In this document: piece by piece, positions 28,178 to 32,000 of the stretch
Numbering within the stretch: the first letter of the stretch is position 1
How the letters are laid out: every line of letters begins with the position of its first letter
Origin: Wolbachia endosymbiont of Onchocerca ochengi
Lineage (GTDB): Bacteria > Pseudomonadota > Alphaproteobacteria > Rickettsiales > Anaplasmataceae
Length of the DNA stretch: 32,000 nt
Assembly: GCF_000306885.1 (NCBI RefSeq)
Contig: NC_018267.1
Location: 540,001-572,000, forward strand
Reading direction: 5' to 3'
Notes under the pieces: model-generated
What the model was told of the DNA's origin: nothing
The model's database searches: none
The model's input: the letters and a program-made list of their open reading frames with translations, nothing else
Translations under genes and position numbers: made by a program

Positions 28178-28206
28178 AGTATGCTAGAAATAAATTTGAG
28201 TGTAAA
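28178..28206 (-). promoter_or_regulatory. candidate sigma70-type promoter for the 69-aa/735-aa gene pair
   Basis: Minus strand reads TTTACA - 17 nt (CTCAAATTTATTTCTAG) - CATACT, ending about 30 nt before the ATG at 28148. Confidence 0.45.
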
Positions 28207-28415
28207 CACTTTTTTATATTTTCCTTTTAAAAAACTTTGTTCTTTTTTTTTGTACTTCTAAACTCTAGCGTCATGTACTAAAATGGTACTTTTCTTTATT
28301 ACTAAAGTAATCAACACTAAAATCTAGTTTTTTGACAATTTCATTAAAATACCTTATTAAAACATAAATCCTATAATCACAAAATCTAATTTGCTATTAA
28401 GCCCTACTCTTTATG

Positions 28416-29798
28416 TTATCTACTTTTCGATGATGCTTCTTCTAGTGCCTTTATTAAGGATACATAATTATTGACTTTTACACCTCTAAATTCACCTGTT
28501 GGTTGGTAATTATTAACAGCAGTAGACTTTTCTCTTTGTGAACTCCTCTCAGCTACTTTTTCTTTAAGCTCATCAGCAAGGTCATTCATTTCGTACCTAC
28601 TAGTAAACTCAGATTCTTTGCTACTAATACTACTAGCAGTACTGTATTTATTGATAGATGTAGCCCTTGTTTCAATAATATCTTCATCGAAATTTATGTT
28701 GTAACCAGTAGATATTCCTTGGCTTTTAGAATCAAACGCTATTCCACCAGCCACAAATTTTTCCTCTATAAGTTTTGATGAACACATAGCTAACTTCAGT
28801 TCTTCTTTTTTTTCTACCTGTTTTGTTTTTTGCTTGTCATGTTTTAGTACCTTGGATTTATTCTTATTCATATCATCCTTGTATGTAGTGGGCTTCGTAA
28901 TCTTTAAAGATTTTGGTAAAAATTTTTGTTCTTCTTTGGTCAGAAGGATTGGCTTTTTCAACCATATTCCAGTGCTTGACACTGAAATAATACCATGTGT
29001 GAATTGGAGCTTTTTTCTTCCATCAACTTTAATTTCTACCTTTTCGTAAGCTTTTTTAGTTACTTCTTCTTTTGGCAATGTTTCTTCCGTTTTTTTATCT
29101 TCTTTTTCGGTTGTTTCTGTTGGAGATATAATTCCACCTGAAAGTAGCTCTGCAACTGATGAGGTTAACCATCCAACTAGGAATATTTGAATTTTTAGTT
29201 TCAAATTTTGTAATAACTCCAAACGATCGAGCACTTTTACAAACTCTTCTGGAGATAACTCACTACTGCCTAATTTTTTCTGTAATTCTTTCATTTCTTT
29301 GTTCAATCTTTCATTGAAACTTAAGTCTTGTGAAAAAGACCTTTTGATTAATCCCTTAAGTTTGTCATGAATAAGTTTTATAATTGTAGCAACGTGGTTT
29401 TTTTCTTCTTTTTCCTTTATTATACGGTAGATTTGTGGATCTATATCTACTCCAAGCTCGCTGTCTGTGAAGTTAAAAAATCTAAAAAGTTTCTCCAGTA
29501 AAGTATTTATACCGATTATAAAATAGTTATCTTCCTCATTAGAATGTACCTTTGAACCAGATACTCTATCACTATTAGAGTCTTTTTCAAGATTTAGTTT
29601 TTTGGATAGCAGGCTGTCAACATGACTCAATGCCTGATTTTGCAATTCAATGCGTTTAGTAGCAACACGCTTCTCAATTTCTTCTGCAGCAGTTTTAAAT
29701 TGGTTAGTTTTTTCTTTTGCAGATAAGTTTTCTGCTATAATTTTTCCAAGATAAATTGAACTATCGCTTGAGTTATTATTAGAAAAATTGTTTATCAT
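28416..29798 (-). CDS. hypothetical protein, coiled-coil rich with one central hydrophobic segment; possible secreted or membrane-associated effector
   Basis: MINNFSNNNSSDSSIYLGKIIAENLSAKEKTNQFKTAAEEIEKR..., hydrophobic IFLVGWLTSSVAELLSGGII, then a Lys/Glu-rich region. The track start is 29813, but GGGAGG sits just before the internal ATG at 29798. Confidence 0.8.
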   Translation of the reverse strand: MINNFSNNNSSDSSIYLGKIIAENLSAKEKTNQFKTAAEEIEKRVATKRIELQNQALSHVDSLLSKKLNLEKDSNSDRVSGSKVHSNEEDNYFIIGINTLLEKLFRFFNFTDSELGVDIDPQIYRIIKEKEEKNHVATIIKLIHDKLKGLIKRSFSQDLSFNERLNKEMKELQKKLGSSELSPEEFVKVLDRLELLQNLKLKIQIFLVGWLTSSVAELLSGGIISPTETTEKEDKKTEETLPKEEVTKKAYEKVEIKVDGRKKLQFTHGIISVSSTGIWLKKPILLTKEEQKFLPKSLKITKPTTYKDDMNKNKSKVLKHDKQKTKQVEKKEELKLAMCSSKLIEEKFVAGGIAFDSKSQGISTGYNINFDEDIIETRATSINKYSTASSISSKESEFTSRYEMNDLADELKEKVAERSSQREKSTAVNNYQPTGEFRGVKVNNYVSLIKALEEASSKSR

Positions 29799-29867
29799 GT
29801 TGCCTCCCGACATAATTAAAGTATATACTTCAATTTTACAGTACTGAATATTTAATAATTATTAATC

Positions 29868-29999
29868 CTAAAGTTGCCAATAAACTTTTCTAAACTTGTA
29901 TGCTATACATATTATACTATACACCATATAGCTTTTTAGTGCAATTTCTGCTATTTCTTCAAACTTTAGATTTTCAATGTACTTCAACACCTGCTTCAC
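29868..29999 (-). pseudogene. possible small ORF or 3' remnant of a decayed gene
   Basis: GTG-initiated frame MKQVLKYIENLKFEEIAEIALKSYMVYSIICIAYKFRKVYWQL*. The first half looks like genuine helical protein; no family recognised. Confidence 0.25.
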
Positions 30000-30128
30000 A
30001 GAATTAATTTTACGGACTTTGCTTTAACTGTCTTTTACCTTTGTTGTATAAAGTGTTTAATATAGGGCTATCATAGCTTTTGATATGATATTATACAGCC
30101 ATTATGTTCCTTTCTTCAAAAGATCTTT

Positions 30129-30908
30129 TTACCCTATAACACATATAACTGGCGTATGATCAGATGGATTTTTCAACTTGCGCAATTTGTCATCTATATA
30201 GCATGTTTCTAACCTATCGGCAGCTTGGGGTGATAATAGTATATAATCTATTCGCATTCCTTGATTATTTCGGAATGAATTATCTTGGTAATGCCACCAA
30301 GTAAACTGCTGTAAATCTGGATTAGATATTCTAAATGCGTCTTTAAACCCAAGATTCAAAATTGCTCTCAATTTTTCACGTTCTCTTATATGGAAACACA
30401 CTTTGCCATTCAATAAAATTGGGTCAAAAACGTCAATTCCATCTAGTGCAACATTATAATCACCAGCTACAATAGTTAGCTCTTCATTTTTCAATAAATT
30501 GATTATTTTTTCATATAAATTGTCAAAAAACTTAAGCTTATATGCAAATGCATTAGAATCTGGGCTCTGGCCATTTGGGACGTATATACTCACTACTCTT
30601 ATCTTTTGATTATCGTACTTTACTACACATTCTATATAACGTGCTTCTTGGTAACCTTCTACAATGTCAATTTTAAATTTCTCTAGTATTAGGTATTTAG
30701 ATAAAACACAAACACCGTTTCTCGCAACTTGCCCATAAACAGCACATTTATATCCAAGCTTTTTTATTTCTTCGTAAGGAAACTGTTTTTCTGTGCATTT
30801 TGTCTCTTGTAGCAAAATTATATCTATTTGATTATCAATTATGAGATTGCAGATTTGGTCAATTCTTTTACGTATAGAGTTCACATTCCAAGTTGCAATT
30901 TTTAACAT
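30129..30908 (-). CDS. xth: exodeoxyribonuclease III
   Basis: 259-aa ORF with AP-endonuclease motifs: KIATWNVNSIRKR, DIILLQETKC, VYVPNGQSPDS, VAGDYNVALDGIDVFDP, GMRIDYILLS, PSDHTPVIC. Confidence 0.97.
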   Translation of the reverse strand: MLKIATWNVNSIRKRIDQICNLIIDNQIDIILLQETKCTEKQFPYEEIKKLGYKCAVYGQVARNGVCVLSKYLILEKFKIDIVEGYQEARYIECVVKYDNQKIRVVSIYVPNGQSPDSNAFAYKLKFFDNLYEKIINLLKNEELTIVAGDYNVALDGIDVFDPILLNGKVCFHIREREKLRAILNLGFKDAFRISNPDLQQFTWWHYQDNSFRNNQGMRIDYILLSPQAADRLETCYIDDKLRKLKNPSDHTPVICVIG

Positions 30909-31621
30909 CAGTAATTCTTATTAATTATATTAATTAAACTTTCCCTAGTAGGTAACCTCGATGTTATAATTTTTTTCCATTTGATCGACTTTAAACTGTC
31001 AGCGATATTTTTACTCATAGTATATGCAATTATATTGCTTATTGTGTGAGATAAACCACTTTTTAGAACTAAAGAACAAAATACTCTCGCTGTCTGTGAA
31101 GAAAAAAAAACAACACCATTAATTTTATTACCCGATAACAAGTTTTTGCACCTGTTAGTTAAACTTTTTTTAACGATTGTTTTGTAGAGTATAACTTCTC
31201 TTACACAAAAACCTTCTTCAGATAACCTTTTTTTTAAATCGCATGATACCTCTTGTCCTCTTATGTACAAGAACTTCACTGCTATTGAATAGTGATTTTT
31301 TATGAACGATATCAACCCATCAACATTACTATCTGCTGATACAATATCAGAAAATCCTAAATCCTTTGCAGTTTGCATCGTTGAATTGCCAACAGTAATG
31401 ATTGGAAGATCACCTATCTTACATATCTGACTAAATGCCTTTACACTGTTCTTGCTTGTGGATATTACTACGTCAAATTTATATGCAGATATGTCAGGCT
31501 GTAAATGCTTTATTGTGAATACTGGTTCTATATATACTTTATATCCATGTTTTTTCAGTGCATTTCTTGTGTTTAGTGAATCTAATAAAGGCCTCGTTAA
31601 TAAAATAGACTTCATTCTCAT
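30908..31621 (-). CDS. hemD: uroporphyrinogen-III synthase
   Basis: 237-aa ORF with HemD-like pattern: ILLTRPLLDSLNTRNALKKHGYKVYIEPVFTI, FDVVISTSKNSVKAF, VGNSTMQTAKDLGF, FLYIRGQEVSCDLKKRL, VVFFSSQTARVF, SRLPTRESLI. Its stop overlaps the xth start by 1 nt. Confidence 0.88.
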   Translation of the reverse strand: MRMKSILLTRPLLDSLNTRNALKKHGYKVYIEPVFTIKHLQPDISAYKFDVVISTSKNSVKAFSQICKIGDLPIITVGNSTMQTAKDLGFSDIVSADSNVDGLISFIKNHYSIAVKFLYIRGQEVSCDLKKRLSEEGFCVREVILYKTIVKKSLTNRCKNLLSGNKINGVVFFSSQTARVFCSLVLKSGLSHTISNIIAYTMSKNIADSLKSIKWKKIITSRLPTRESLINIINKNY

Positions 31622-32000
31622 TTGCTTTACTATAGGTGAAAATAATACCTCTATAAACGAATTGCTGAATAAAAATTTTTGAGCTACAGCAATGGTAAGG
31701 AGTACTAGTACTCTTACTGATTTAAAGTTTTCTAATTTTCATTACTTTTTATGAATTATCTTCAGTTTTAAGCATAAAGGTTAATTCTTTTTCATCTAGA
31801 GTTGCCTTATTCATCTTATAGCAACTACTTATGTAACATCTATATTTGTTGCTGACTTTTATCCACTTTTTCATTATTAAAGATTTTAGATATAATATTA
31901 TCCATCTTTCTACAGCTCCTATGTTCTATATATCAAACTGTTTTCACTATACTTAATTACTGTATATATATCATCTATGAATTTTTGATTATTCTTATTA

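Noticed and set aside
25711-29798. Interpreting the 460/69/735-aa cluster as a toxin-antitoxin or cif-like two-gene system
   Set aside because: Gene order and small-large spacing are suggestive only. No nuclease, deubiquitinase, kinase or antitoxin motif was visible, so the assignment is not supported without structure searches.
25982-31682. ORFs 25982-26206(+), 28834-29049(+), 31452-31682(+)
   Set aside because: Antisense to the 735-aa gene, the 460-aa gene and hemD. Composition is typical of shadow ORFs.
1-32000. CRISPR array, phage WO structural genes, intact IS transposase, cifA/cifB cytoplasmic-incompatibility genes
   Set aside because: No regularly spaced direct repeats and no recognisable cas, capsid/tail, transposase, or Cif deubiquitinase/nuclease proteins in any listed ORF.

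Overview
AT-rich chromosomal window from an alphaproteobacterial endosymbiont, almost certainly Wolbachia, judged from the gene content and protein sequences read here. The well-supported content is housekeeping: dcd, an RDD membrane protein, dnaB, metG, an rpiB-ubiG fusion, dnaG, rmuC, ygfZ-like, groES-groEL, cutA, hflK-hflC-degP/htrA, xth, hemD, and two minus-strand tRNAs (Leu-CAA and Gln-TTG). The accessory content is a WalE1-like candidate effector (18642-19949, -) and an uncharacterised minus-strand locus at 25711-29798. That locus has a 460-aa coiled/hydrophobic protein, then a 69-aa protein 20 nt upstream of a 735-aa protein with a structured N-terminal half and a Ser/Lys-rich C-terminal half. 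It is the best candidate here for something undescribed, but I can assign no function. Several long ORF-poor stretches (about 1-660, 3760-4390, 9120-10650, 12080-13300, 16400-17360, 23800-25680) contain frameshifted or start-less coding-like fragments and look like decayed genes. No CRISPR array, intact transposase, phage WO structural gene or cifA/cifB homologue was recognised. All calls come from reading the sequence and translations; no database search was run.
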